A stretch of DNA of 64,000 nt. Source: an uncultured Gammaproteobacteria bacterium. GTDB lineage: Bacteria; Patescibacteriota; Microgenomatia; UBA10105; UBA927. This document shows, in pieces, positions 19,237-28,819 of this stretch; position 1 is the first letter of the stretch, and every line of letters begins with the position of its first letter. The stretch is taken from contig CAYUUX010000002.1 of NCBI GenBank assembly GCA_964448085.1, positions 30,519-94,518 on the forward strand, given 5' to 3'. The notes beneath the pieces are model-generated. The model saw only the letters and a list, made by a program, of their open reading frames with translations. It had not been told where the DNA came from and ran no database searches. Position numbers and translations under genes: made by a program.

Positions 19237-20865
19237 TTATTTTGAATGGATGCGACTGCATCCCGTATTCAGCATAATAACCATAGACACGAGAAGCAAT
19301 GGTGGTATCGGTCCGAAATAGCCAGAAAAAACCGCTATCGGCAGCGATGTGGCAGCTAAGAAAACGATGATTCCTGACAGCCCTGTTATTGCAGAATAGA
19401 GAGCCAATAGTATTGGTAGCTCATTGCTGTGACCCAACTCTTTTCTTCTTCGAATAATCACAACACCATAGAGAATCACTCCCAACAGAAATAATGGAAA
19501 AAATAGCGTTTTGTACATGACAATAATAGCGTTTATGCTTTTTATTCGTATATCTTCCACATCAACTCTTCGAGGATATTCTAACGTTATTTTTTGGATC
19601 AATTCGTAATTTTGTTGAGGCTCCCGGATCTCATCATAAAATACGTGAAGATTTTTGAAAAAGAATATCTGTTCAAATAAATCTATCGTAAACATATGTA
19701 TCTTTGCTATGTGTTCATACCGAAAGGGTGGTAGAAACGTGTTTCTTTTTTTCATGCAATCAAGTGTCCGTAGGTTGCACGCAGTATTAATTTCTTTCGC
19801 AATTTGTCGGTATGTTGTTAGTGCATCTTTTGGTGTTTTGTAGCGGCCGGCATCGGCAACTGCATCGCGTAAGGCCCACAGAAACCACCCTCCACCAATA
19901 TCTAATTCATTTCCGTCTAAAGGTGCATTTTTTTTCGTCTCAGTTGACCAGTTTTCATAAATGTATCCCTCTAATTGTTCATCGATTATCTTCCATGTTG
20001 GGCTTGCAGACGTTATTTTTTCTCTAACGCTTTTAGGAACGGGAACATATATCCTATCAGTATCGTGCTTTACTCGTGTAAGTGCGCCATACGCAGCTAT
20101 GAAATCAGCGTTTTGACTTTCTGTAAGCATATATGTTCCGTAATAGACCTTGTTTAAAATGAGTATTGGCGTAATCCCAATAACAACCATGCTAAGACAA
20201 GCAAGTGTTGTGGAGAGACCTCGTATTCCCACACGATGCAGATATGAGTAAATCGTTATATCGACACCGAGTATGCACAGCGGAATTGCCAACCATATAC
20301 TTTCCTCTCTTGTTGTCCAGGCACACGCAAAGAATACCCCGCTCATCATAGCCCAGACATATTGTGCGTACCCTTTTTGTTTGGTACGTGTTAAGAATGT
20401 TGCTATTGCAAAAGAACTAATAGCAAGCAAAGAAAGGGAATAATAAATAGCTGGACGATTTACACGGAGATTGAGATTGCCATCAAAAGAGAAGGGATTA
20501 AACAATAGAACTGTAAACATTACGATAAACATGAAGATTTTAGCCTTTTTTGCTAAAAGCCACACTAGCAGCGACGCACAGAAACACGCAATGGTATAGA
20601 GAACTTGTTGAGCAAGCAGTAGTGGAATGTTAAGAGTATGCGATAAGGCTATAAAGATAGGATAAAATGCACCTTTGGCCAGTGTACGGTTAGAATATTC
20701 CCCCAACCATTTTCCATGCAATATTGCATCTGCTTGATTAATAAATAACAGATCGTCGTGTGGAGAATTTGCGTCAATTCCAAGAGATAGTCCAGAAAAT
20801 AACCAAAGCTTCACTCCTGTCAGCACAACAACTGTAACAATTATGCAAACAATGGATCGTTTCAT
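19237..20865 (-). CDS. Polytopic membrane protein, probable GT-C-fold glycosyltransferase
   Basis: HDD after the first TM, many TM helices, TREE motif and a large extracellular loop. Confidence 0.55.
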   Translation of the reverse strand: MKRSIVCIIVTVVVLTGVKLWLFSGLSLGIDANSPHDDLLFINQADAILHGKWLGEYSNRTLAKGAFYPIFIALSHTLNIPLLLAQQVLYTIACFCASLLVWLLAKKAKIFMFIVMFTVLLFNPFSFDGNLNLRVNRPAIYYSLSLLAISSFAIATFLTRTKQKGYAQYVWAMMSGVFFACAWTTREESIWLAIPLCILGVDITIYSYLHRVGIRGLSTTLACLSMVVIGITPILILNKVYYGTYMLTESQNADFIAAYGALTRVKHDTDRIYVPVPKSVREKITSASPTWKIIDEQLEGYIYENWSTETKKNAPLDGNELDIGGGWFLWALRDAVADAGRYKTPKDALTTYRQIAKEINTACNLRTLDCMKKRNTFLPPFRYEHIAKIHMFTIDLFEQIFFFKNLHVFYDEIREPQQNYELIQKITLEYPRRVDVEDIRIKSINAIIVMYKTLFFPLFLLGVILYGVVIIRRRKELGHSNELPILLALYSAITGLSGIIVFLAATSLPIAVFSGYFGPIPPLLLVSMVIMLNTGCSRIHSK

Positions 20866-20955
20866 AACGGCTATGAGTATCTGTATTGTATGATACCTGA
20901 TATTTTAGTGAATAATCTTGTTATGCAAAGATTCCTCGTGCGTTGTCTTGGTATG

Positions 20956-21954
20956 TTATCGGTCGTTTTCAAATACCTCTTGCAGAAGAGGGGCAATGCT
21001 TTTAAAAAGTGCATCCGCTGCAAGCGTATGCCCCTTTTCATTGGGGTGTCCTGGATATTGTTGATCTTCCAAGCTTTGTAATGTGTGTGTTTGATATATA
21101 GGAAGAAGATCAACGGTGTTACCAACGCTGTTGGTTTCTTTGATGATTTGCATCATTGCGTCGTGTGTCATCGTCGCCTCTTTAGAATCATTAAATATCG
21201 GAAAAACAACAATCCGATATTCCACACCGTTTGTATTTAACATATGAATCATGGTCTGTAGGGGTTCTAGTATGACCGATTTTTGTTTTTCTGTTCCCTC
21301 AAATGCATCAAAATTTTCCATACCAGAAAGCGTAGATAAATGTATTAATGTAAAGAGACGGTATGTTTTGAAATGATTAAAGAGAAAAGCATTAATAAAC
21401 CTATTTTGATACTTGCCATCAATTGCAGTCCACGTTGCTCCTTTCATAAAGATTACAGGAGTGCTAAAGAAATCATTCATACACGTTTGAATAATAACGA
21501 GATCTGGTTTCATTAACGACATGTATTTTTTTAGAAGCAGAGCCTCGCGTGTGGTCTCATATCCCACAATACCCCCATTAATAATACGTATGTTTTTATT
21601 TGGAAACGCTTCTGATAACTTTTCTTGAAGTAAGGACGGATAGGAACCATAGTCTGATATGGAATCCCCAAGAATTACTATGCGATAGTCTATTGTGTCA
21701 TCGTGTACTGTGCGTTCAATATTATTTTCAAAATCCGACTTTATATATCCGAAAGTCGAATCAAATACGTACTCCGTGTTTGTACGGAACGTCTCTGTTT
21801 GTGGGGACGCTGTCCGTATGTGCCCCCAAAGGTTTTTCTGTATATATTTGTCTTCTAACGATATGGAAAAGAAGCTTAGAAATCGAAGAGCTAGTTCAAC
21901 AAAAACCATCGCAACACATAAGGCTAAACTGAAATATGCCAGGCGTTTTATCAT
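20956..21954 (-). CDS. Membrane-anchored SGNH/GDSL hydrolase family protein
   Basis: N-terminal TM, LGDS, NGGIVGY, CMND and HPNEKGH motifs. Confidence 0.85.
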   Translation of the reverse strand: MIKRLAYFSLALCVAMVFVELALRFLSFFSISLEDKYIQKNLWGHIRTASPQTETFRTNTEYVFDSTFGYIKSDFENNIERTVHDDTIDYRIVILGDSISDYGSYPSLLQEKLSEAFPNKNIRIINGGIVGYETTREALLLKKYMSLMKPDLVIIQTCMNDFFSTPVIFMKGATWTAIDGKYQNRFINAFLFNHFKTYRLFTLIHLSTLSGMENFDAFEGTEKQKSVILEPLQTMIHMLNTNGVEYRIVVFPIFNDSKEATMTHDAMMQIIKETNSVGNTVDLLPIYQTHTLQSLEDQQYPGHPNEKGHTLAADALFKSIAPLLQEVFENDR

Positions 21955-22997
21955 GGTGTCCCAGTGTATTCTTTTTCATACGGCATAATTTTTTCCGTAA
22001 GTATTTTTGCTATATACGCATGACCAGCTTTCGTATTATGTAAATCTTCCGGTTGGATAAAATATGATGCGTAAGTATCCCTATCTGTTTGAAACATGCT
22101 GGTGCCGATATCAATAAATACAAAATTGTATTTAGAAGCAATTTCCTCTAATTGTTGAGCTGTTTTTTTATATGCTGTTTTGTAGGTTTGTTCGTTTTCT
22201 GGTTTAAAATAGGTAGGAAGCAATACGAGAACATATACCCCTCCCCCTGCCTTTGTTTGATTATTCATTTCATTCAAAATAGCATCGATGATGGGGAGAT
22301 TTTTCTCATCATTTGTTTGTTTCGGAAGATACCGCTGTATAAATTTATATATATGTAATTCTGTGAGGCCTGCGCGAATTTGTGTTAGTAACGTTTTCCA
22401 CCCCATTGTTGTTTTGATGGGATAATTGAGGTTTACAAGTGACGTACCCTGAAGTGTCAGATATGGTTTATCGAAATATTCAAACAATGAGGGAGATGTG
22501 GCACGGTCTAAATCATCGGCGATAATTGCGTTGATGTGTATTTGATGGTTTATGGTTTTGGCATCTCGTTCGTATCGCAGATACATTTGATCAAGTCCAT
22601 ATGCGTCCTGACCAAGGTTGTACGTTTTCCAATTATTGTTAGTTAATAGCGAACACCATGTTTCATAATCACCGACACCAAGCCCCAGGGTAAATGAGTC
22701 CCCAGAACAGATAATACTTATCTTTTTTTCTTCCTGAATAGGTGTTATGCGCAATCTATTTGCATCGGTTGTAAAATGGCTACCCAGTCCAAATATATTT
22801 TCTATATGAAGATTGGGTTTGTTCACCCATCCAAGTAAGGGATCAAAATCAAGATGCTGTGCTATCCACGGTCGAGATGTCACTATTCGTTTTTGGATCG
22901 TACGGACGGTATGGATCCACCCAAGTGCCCCCTCAAGGAGCATAAGAAGCAGACAGCAGAGCACCAAACCCGCGACTATTTCAAGAGATCGCTTCAT
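21951..22997 (-). CDS. Membrane-anchored SGNH/GDSL hydrolase family protein
   Basis: N-terminal TM, DPLLGW, GDSFTLG, NLGQDAYG and DLHNTKAGH motifs. Confidence 0.85.
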   Translation of the reverse strand: MKRSLEIVAGLVLCCLLLMLLEGALGWIHTVRTIQKRIVTSRPWIAQHLDFDPLLGWVNKPNLHIENIFGLGSHFTTDANRLRITPIQEEKKISIICSGDSFTLGLGVGDYETWCSLLTNNNWKTYNLGQDAYGLDQMYLRYERDAKTINHQIHINAIIADDLDRATSPSLFEYFDKPYLTLQGTSLVNLNYPIKTTMGWKTLLTQIRAGLTELHIYKFIQRYLPKQTNDEKNLPIIDAILNEMNNQTKAGGGVYVLVLLPTYFKPENEQTYKTAYKKTAQQLEEIASKYNFVFIDIGTSMFQTDRDTYASYFIQPEDLHNTKAGHAYIAKILTEKIMPYEKEYTGTP

Positions 22998-23166
22998 ATA
23001 CGGTACGTGGTGCTCATTATATCATCTGTTTTTTTTGTATATCGTACGGTATGTAATTATGAAGGAAGCCTGCCACAATTGTTTATAGGCTATACACCGC
23101 GATTGGAAATGTGATACAAATTGAACTGCTTAAGCGTCACATGTGTTGCGCGTTATGTAACTTGGT

Positions 23167-24084
23167 ATGAATGCTAAACAACTATTAAAACACTGGGTGT
23201 TTCAATATCTCGTATATTTTTTCCCCAGATATTCTTCTGTTGATCCATCCGTTACCATATGCACTCTTCTTTGTCATAAAGATGTGTATATGTATTTGTA
23301 TATGATGCAATCGTTTCACTATTTTAGCGGGTTGAGCCACCCCTTGTTAATTGTAAACGACGGGACGTTAACGAAGCAGGATGTCCATTTGCTTCAGCGA
23401 TTTTTTGTTGTAACCGTTATCACCAAACAGACACTTTTGCGCAAGATAGCTTTGCTGTTACGAGGGTATCCGTATTTACGGAGATTCATACTTGATGAGT
23501 ATACGCCGATTATTAAGTGGAAAATTGCCCTTATGCTATCCAATCCATCAAAGAAATATATGTTTATTGATAGTGATATTTTATTTTTTCAGAGACCACA
23601 GGAGATTATCAAGTGGTTTACTAGTGATGTTTCGTATTGTTTAAATCTTGAATATGCAGAACGAGAACGAACGTTTAAATATTCCGACGATGAAAATTAT
23701 TTGGACGTCTATCATGCATATCGAACTTCCTTAAAAATGTTGCAGTTTCCGCACGCAAATACGTTATTCAACAACGGAATTTTTTGCGTTCCTGACTCCA
23801 GCCTTATTCAACCGAAACAATTAAATACAATACTTAGGGTTGTTCATAATTCCTATTTTGATAATCAATTTGGAACCGATGAGCTCATTTTAAGTTGTCT
23901 TCTTGATCGTCAACAAACACGTTCACTTCCAAAACTTCTCTATAGGATTCAACTTGATAGCGTGCGAAAAAAACACGAACGATTAATATGTAAACACTAT
24001 TGCTGGCGGGCCAAAGTATTATTCCCACGTGATGCAATTGTTTTAGCGTTGCGAACACGGTTTTTTAAACCGGTGAATATATGA
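23167..24084 (+). CDS. Putative nucleotide-diphospho-sugar (GT-A) transferase
   Basis: VNDGTL, FIDSDILFF (DxD) and FNNGI motifs. Confidence 0.6.
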   Translation: MNAKQLLKHWVFQYLVYFFPRYSSVDPSVTICTLLCHKDVYMYLYMMQSFHYFSGLSHPLLIVNDGTLTKQDVHLLQRFFVVTVITKQTLLRKIALLLRGYPYLRRFILDEYTPIIKWKIALMLSNPSKKYMFIDSDILFFQRPQEIIKWFTSDVSYCLNLEYAERERTFKYSDDENYLDVYHAYRTSLKMLQFPHANTLFNNGIFCVPDSSLIQPKQLNTILRVVHNSYFDNQFGTDELILSCLLDRQQTRSLPKLLYRIQLDSVRKKHERLICKHYCWRAKVLFPRDAIVLALRTRFFKPVNI

Positions 24085-24701
24085 AAAAAACCCCGATGAT
24101 AGTTTGCATCGACTCTCTAAAAGCATTTGATGATGCAACCAGTTCATATTTTGTGTCCCTTTCAGGCTCTTACCGATTATTTTTTATCTTAGGCTCTCAT
24201 CTATTTTCCTTACGAGAACTCATACATTGCGACATTCGCCGTCACGTTCATAATATATATCGCAGCTTTTCTTCGAATTCCCGTTTTTTTCTGCCGATTG
24301 GATTTGTTCCTTTTGGAAGGTGTCCTTTCATTGCAACGATTAATCAAAGTGTTGCGCTCGTTGCCCTTTGGTTTTCATTGAAACGATTTTTTCGTATCCA
24401 AACCTTTCGGTCGTTTCACCCAATTGTATATTTCGTGCATACCAAGCGCATGGCGTGTCCTCATTGGATGTATGTACCTGGTATTTTTAAAGAACGGTGT
24501 TGTGTGCTTGACATCACAAGAAGACACACGCCCGATTCTTCCCCACCATTCTTACCGCATGAAGAAAAAATGCAACAGTACGCAGACGTTATTCTCACTA
24601 ACTCTATTGTTGCGAAACGAGATACACGGTTTCATGTAGTTTCAAAAGATCCAAATAAGAAATCAACAGCTTTATTTTCTGTTTTGAAACCATACCTATG
24701 A
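24081..24701 (+). CDS. Hypothetical protein resembling only the N-terminal half of a TuaH-like glycosyltransferase
   Basis: PIGFVPFGRCPFIATIN and ADVILTNS resemble PFFVIPGQRFPIIKHMN and ATYTFVNS of the ORF at 6693. Confidence 0.5.
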   Translation: MKKTPMIVCIDSLKAFDDATSSYFVSLSGSYRLFFILGSHLFSLRELIHCDIRRHVHNIYRSFSSNSRFFLPIGFVPFGRCPFIATINQSVALVALWFSLKRFFRIQTFRSFHPIVYFVHTKRMACPHWMYVPGIFKERCCVLDITRRHTPDSSPPFLPHEEKMQQYADVILTNSIVAKRDTRFHVVSKDPNKKSTALFSVLKPYL

Positions 24702-25639
24702 TGTCACGGATGAACATTTATACGTATTTTCGAACACATATCCCCTTAGTGTTTGATGCAATAGAAATTGAAACGACCGCTGTGTGCAATAGGGCGTGTA
24801 GTTTTTGCCCCAATTCTCTTGTTGGGAGGAAAAAAGGGGTAATGAAAACACACGACGTTTTGCACATTTTAGATCAATTGGGCATGATGCGATACCATGG
24901 AAGAATTTCCTTACATATGTATGGGGAACCTTTGTTGGATAAACGGTTGCCCTCACTGGTTGCCTATGCACGGCGGAAGTGCCCTGAAGCTTTTATCAAA
25001 ATAAATTCTAACGGAGATTTTGTCACACGAACGAATGTTACTCAACTCACACAGGCAGGAATGGATCTTCTCTATATAAGCCAATATGATAATAGCGTAC
25101 AGCAAAACGTTAAAGACGTTCTAAATTGGATGACCAGCACTAGACCTCAATGGGTACACCACCTTCAGGTCCGTGTTACGAGTAGCTTTTCTGACAATCG
25201 TGCGGGTTTGTTGCCTCACATTGGTGCCCAACATAAAGTGATGCACACCCCCTGTTATCGACCGTTGACCACAATGGTAATCAATTGGGAAGGGAATCAC
25301 GTTTTATGTTGTAATGACTATTTTGGAACGTGCGTTATTGGGTCAATTCATGCCACTCCACTTTTATCATTATGGTTTGCGTCTCGACTGGTGCGTATAC
25401 GAAAAATGCTTCGTGCGGGTAAGAGAAAGGCTCTACCCCTTTGTTCTCGGTGTAGTTATGAGCAAGTATCATTTGATGGCGACAATACAAACGAAGAACA
25501 TTTTCATCTGTATGGAATTTTTACCAGTCTTTTTGTTCCACTTTCTGTTTTGTGGAAAAATAGTTCTACTGTCGATTTTGGAACTCTTGTGCGTACACGA
25601 TATACTAGTGCCAATCCTGTCCAAAATAACACTACATAA
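24698..25639 (+). CDS. Radical SAM protein with SPASM/twitch domain
   Basis: CNRACSFC, GEPLL, and C-terminal C..P...CCND...CSRC. Confidence 0.9.
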   Translation: MMSRMNIYTYFRTHIPLVFDAIEIETTAVCNRACSFCPNSLVGRKKGVMKTHDVLHILDQLGMMRYHGRISLHMYGEPLLDKRLPSLVAYARRKCPEAFIKINSNGDFVTRTNVTQLTQAGMDLLYISQYDNSVQQNVKDVLNWMTSTRPQWVHHLQVRVTSSFSDNRAGLLPHIGAQHKVMHTPCYRPLTTMVINWEGNHVLCCNDYFGTCVIGSIHATPLLSLWFASRLVRIRKMLRAGKRKALPLCSRCSYEQVSFDGDNTNEEHFHLYGIFTSLFVPLSVLWKNSSTVDFGTLVRTRYTSANPVQNNTT

Positions 25640-26880
25640 TGAAACCCTCGATTGTCGTTGTGTTTGATGACCTTTTTCCCGGCGGTTTGAGAACGTTGAA
25701 TGAAAAAATTTGGAATGAGTATAACCACAAAGGTCAATATTCGATGGTTGTTGTGTCGGGAATAAATTTTGACCAACAGCTTCAGAAGGATACCTTTCCC
25801 TATGCTGATGAACTCCATGTGTATTCCATACCCCCAATGAATCAATTTTTTTTCTTTTTCTATTGTTGTTGGCATACAATTCGTCTTATTCATCACATAA
25901 AGAACAATCATACGATTCAATGTGTTATCGGAAACAATTCTTTTTCTGGTGCAGCCGCCCGCGTCGTGAGTTTGGTTTTTGGAATACGGTATATATATTT
26001 TTACCACGGTTCTTTGTTTCAGGAGGTTCGCTCTTTGGGACACATCTCCACAACCTTTTTTAAAAAAGCAAAGATGTGGTTCATGCACCATTTTTATTGG
26101 TTTGTACAATATTGTTGTGTATATGCAGCCCCAGTGGTGTGCTTTAGTACCCATTCTCGGTTTCTTTTACACCACGATTTTCATAAGACAAAACACGTGC
26201 ACACACTATCTGTTCCTTTCCGGTATACCCCTCTCTCTCAACGGACAAAAAGGAGTATGAAAGAGACGTTGGGATTTCATCAGCGTGTCCACGTGCTGTT
26301 ATTCCCCTCCCGGCTCGAGCCAAGAAAAGGGTTGCACATGTTAACACAAGCCCTTTCCCTGTTGCCAAACACCCTATCCGTTGTTGTGTTGGTTGCTGGG
26401 CCACTCCATGGTGAATCTATTGATTACCTTGTTGGTCTTATAAAACAGACTGTGTCAAATACAGAACGCCAACGGATATATTTTATGGGAGAAGTTCCTG
26501 TATCAAACATGAAAGTGCTTTACGGGGCAGCAGATGTTACCATTGTGCCCTCCATAGGTCTTGAAACTCTTGGTATGGTGACTTTGGAATCCTTATCCTA
26601 CGGCACGCCCGTCATAGGCTTTCCTACGGGTGCCACACCAGACATTCTGACCGGCATAGACAAGAACCTCATTGCAAAGCGTATTTCGCCTCAATCGCTT
26701 GCGCGCACCATTACACTCTTTTTTCACAGGCCGCATGTTCATTCTATGTTGATGCAAAAACAGATTCAAGCCTATATACAGACACATCATTCCCCGAGTC
26801 TTTTTACCCATCAATTGACAGAAGTGTTGTCCAATAGAGTCAGATCGCCAAAGGTCTCCTCTGCATACGAGCGTATATGA
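25639..26880 (+). CDS. Glycosyltransferase family 4
   Basis: RLEPRKG and ETLGMVTLESLSYGTPVI motifs. Confidence 0.88.
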   Translation: MKPSIVVVFDDLFPGGLRTLNEKIWNEYNHKGQYSMVVVSGINFDQQLQKDTFPYADELHVYSIPPMNQFFFFFYCCWHTIRLIHHIKNNHTIQCVIGNNSFSGAAARVVSLVFGIRYIYFYHGSLFQEVRSLGHISTTFFKKAKMWFMHHFYWFVQYCCVYAAPVVCFSTHSRFLLHHDFHKTKHVHTLSVPFRYTPLSQRTKRSMKETLGFHQRVHVLLFPSRLEPRKGLHMLTQALSLLPNTLSVVVLVAGPLHGESIDYLVGLIKQTVSNTERQRIYFMGEVPVSNMKVLYGAADVTIVPSIGLETLGMVTLESLSYGTPVIGFPTGATPDILTGIDKNLIAKRISPQSLARTITLFFHRPHVHSMLMQKQIQAYIQTHHSPSLFTHQLTEVLSNRVRSPKVSSAYERI

Positions 26881-27545
26881 TAAAAGCAGTTATTTTTGAT
26901 CTCGGTAATGTTTTAGTGTTGGGGAATAATTCCAAAACACTTTCCCAGTTTGCTCCATTTTTGCAAAGACCATATTCCGATGAGGTATTGGAGGTTACAT
27001 TATATGGGTACTCTTCCAAAGCAAAACACTGGGAGACGCAGGGAGAACGAACCAAAACGCTGGAAGCATATCAACTCGGATTACTTTCTACCAGGCAATT
27101 CTATGAGTATATGCGTGACCAATTGAGATTTTCCGACGAATTGACGTTTGATCAATTCAAACATATCTGGCCTGCTCGTTTTTCTCGCTACACAGAAACT
27201 CTCACGCTTCTTAAGCGCTTGAATCATCTGCAACGATACATGCTTTCCGATACTAATGCATTAGACACATTCTGGATTCAACACGCGTTTCCAGATATTT
27301 TTGTACACTTTAATAAACTTTTTCTCTCGTATAAAACACACGTCAATAAGTATAGTTTTGAAGCGTGGCACAATATACTCAACTATAGTCATTTGCTCCC
27401 CGAGGAGCATCTGTTTATTGATGATCGCGAGGAGCATGTGGTGAGGGCCCAGAGATTAGGATTGAAAGGAATAGTTTTTTGTGGATCAAAACAACTTGAG
27501 AAAGAACTCATAGCGTTCGGATGTTTTAAGAAGCGCTCATTTTAA
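26877..27545 (+). CDS. HAD-superfamily phosphatase (YihX-like)
   Basis: FDLGNVL, LSDT and FIDD motifs. Confidence 0.85.
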   Translation: MIKAVIFDLGNVLVLGNNSKTLSQFAPFLQRPYSDEVLEVTLYGYSSKAKHWETQGERTKTLEAYQLGLLSTRQFYEYMRDQLRFSDELTFDQFKHIWPARFSRYTETLTLLKRLNHLQRYMLSDTNALDTFWIQHAFPDIFVHFNKLFLSYKTHVNKYSFEAWHNILNYSHLLPEEHLFIDDREEHVVRAQRLGLKGIVFCGSKQLEKELIAFGCFKKRSF

Positions 27546-27563
27546 GCAGTATCGTTGTATATG

Positions 27564-27633
27564 TTGCGGGGCCAGGAATCGCACCTGGTCTAGAAGATTA
27601 TGAGCCTTCTGTGCAACTTTACACTACCCCGCG
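27564..27633 (-). tRNA. tRNA-Met (CAT), initiator-like (C1:A72 mismatch)
   Basis: CGCGGGG/CCCCGCA acceptor stem and CT-CAT-AA loop; atypical TGCGATT T-loop; no encoded CCA. Confidence 0.85.
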
Positions 27634-27666
27634 GTTGTTGAAAGAACGTTGTTAGTATACTGTATT

Positions 27667-27695
27667 TTGACGATTCTGTATACCGTGCGTATACT
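27667..27695 (+). promoter_or_regulatory. Sigma70-type promoter, probably leaderless
   Basis: TTGACG, 17-nt spacer, TATACT, then 6 nt to ATG 27702. Confidence 0.6.
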
Positions 27696-27701
27696 CAAAG
27701 T

Positions 27702-28208
27702 ATGGGGAAGAACAACAAAGTGCCACACCAATCGAGGGTATTTGTGGTTGTCTGCATTTTTCTGCTTTTGTTGGCAACAGCCATTTTTTTTACAACACGA
27801 TGGAACGTCAATGTTTTAGGCACGACAGACACAGTTTCTGGTGTGGGGAAGGAGTACTATATTCCCTTTGGAACAGGTACGAATACAACAACAGAGTGGA
27901 CTGATGTTAAGGGGGTGGGAGCATATATTGATAGCAGATTATATGGTGCAGTGAAAAAAGTTGTTTTTGAAGCGACTGTTGGAGTCCCATCGGGGAATCA
28001 AATTGCTTTCATACGGTTGTATAACACAACGGACAAGCACCCCGTATGGTATACGGAAATGCAGATGTCTGGAACGGGTCCGGAGCTTCTTATATCATCG
28101 GGAATTACGCTTGATAGCGGGAATAAATTTTATCAGGTTCAAATGAAGTCTCAGATGGGAGCGCCAACCAATCTTCTACAGGCACGCATGCACATTCTGA
28201 CTTACTAA
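27702..28208 (+). CDS. Membrane-anchored beta-rich extracellular hypothetical protein
   Basis: Single N-terminal TM followed by the VLGT motif common in CPR surface proteins. Confidence 0.7.
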   Translation: MGKNNKVPHQSRVFVVVCIFLLLLATAIFFTTRWNVNVLGTTDTVSGVGKEYYIPFGTGTNTTTEWTDVKGVGAYIDSRLYGAVKKVVFEATVGVPSGNQIAFIRLYNTTDKHPVWYTEMQMSGTGPELLISSGITLDSGNKFYQVQMKSQMGAPTNLLQARMHILTY

Positions 28209-28209
28209 T

Positions 28210-28284
28210 TGGTGCCAGCGGCGGGATTCGGACCTGCGACCCACGCCTTATGAAGACGCTGCTCTACCACTGAGCTACGCTGGC
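28210..28284 (-). tRNA. tRNA with CAT anticodon (elongator Met or Ile2); CCA encoded
   Basis: GCCAGCG/CGCTGGC acceptor stem, TT-CAT-AA loop, TCCGAAT T-loop, ACCA end. Confidence 0.9.
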
Positions 28285-28335
28285 GCAGAGGCTATTGTAC
28301 GGGATTTTTGAGGAAATTGGAAGCTTGTTGAGAAT

Positions 28336-28686
28336 TTAAAAAAATACGTTCCACCACCGCTTCCAATTGACCTGTTCCGGAATTTTGTTGTTTGTTTCAT
28401 CGTATATCGGCACTATCGGATCCATGACAACAATGGTTTCTCCCGGTTTCGACATATTCAGTTTTTCGCGCGCCTCTTTTTCGATAAACTCCGGGGTTTG
28501 CACACGGATAAGCTGGTTTGCTGTCGCATCTCTTTTTTCCATGAGTGTTTGTAGTTCATCATTTTTGGTTTGCACCAAAGATCTTTTTTTGAGGGTTTGC
28601 AGAAGAGATGAAGAGAGCACGAAGATAGCAACCAGTAGCCCCAGGAAGATGTATATCATAATGTTTATGTGTTTGTTTTGTCTCAT
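28336..28686 (-). CDS. Septum formation initiator (FtsB/DivIC family)
   Basis: TM plus coiled coil plus EFIEKEAREKLNMSKPGE. Confidence 0.85.
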   Translation of the reverse strand: MRQNKHINIMIYIFLGLLVAIFVLSSSLLQTLKKRSLVQTKNDELQTLMEKRDATANQLIRVQTPEFIEKEAREKLNMSKPGETIVVMDPIVPIYDETNNKIPEQVNWKRWWNVFF

Positions 28687-28819
28687 GTTGAGTTAAACCA
28701 CCCCGTTGCAACATACGGGGCAGTTATGATATTATAGGCTTTACTCTTGCCTCTGGAAAACAGTATCTTTGCAATTTTGATACGTTTTTCAGGAATTTTC
28801 CTGCTCCTTATACCATTAT

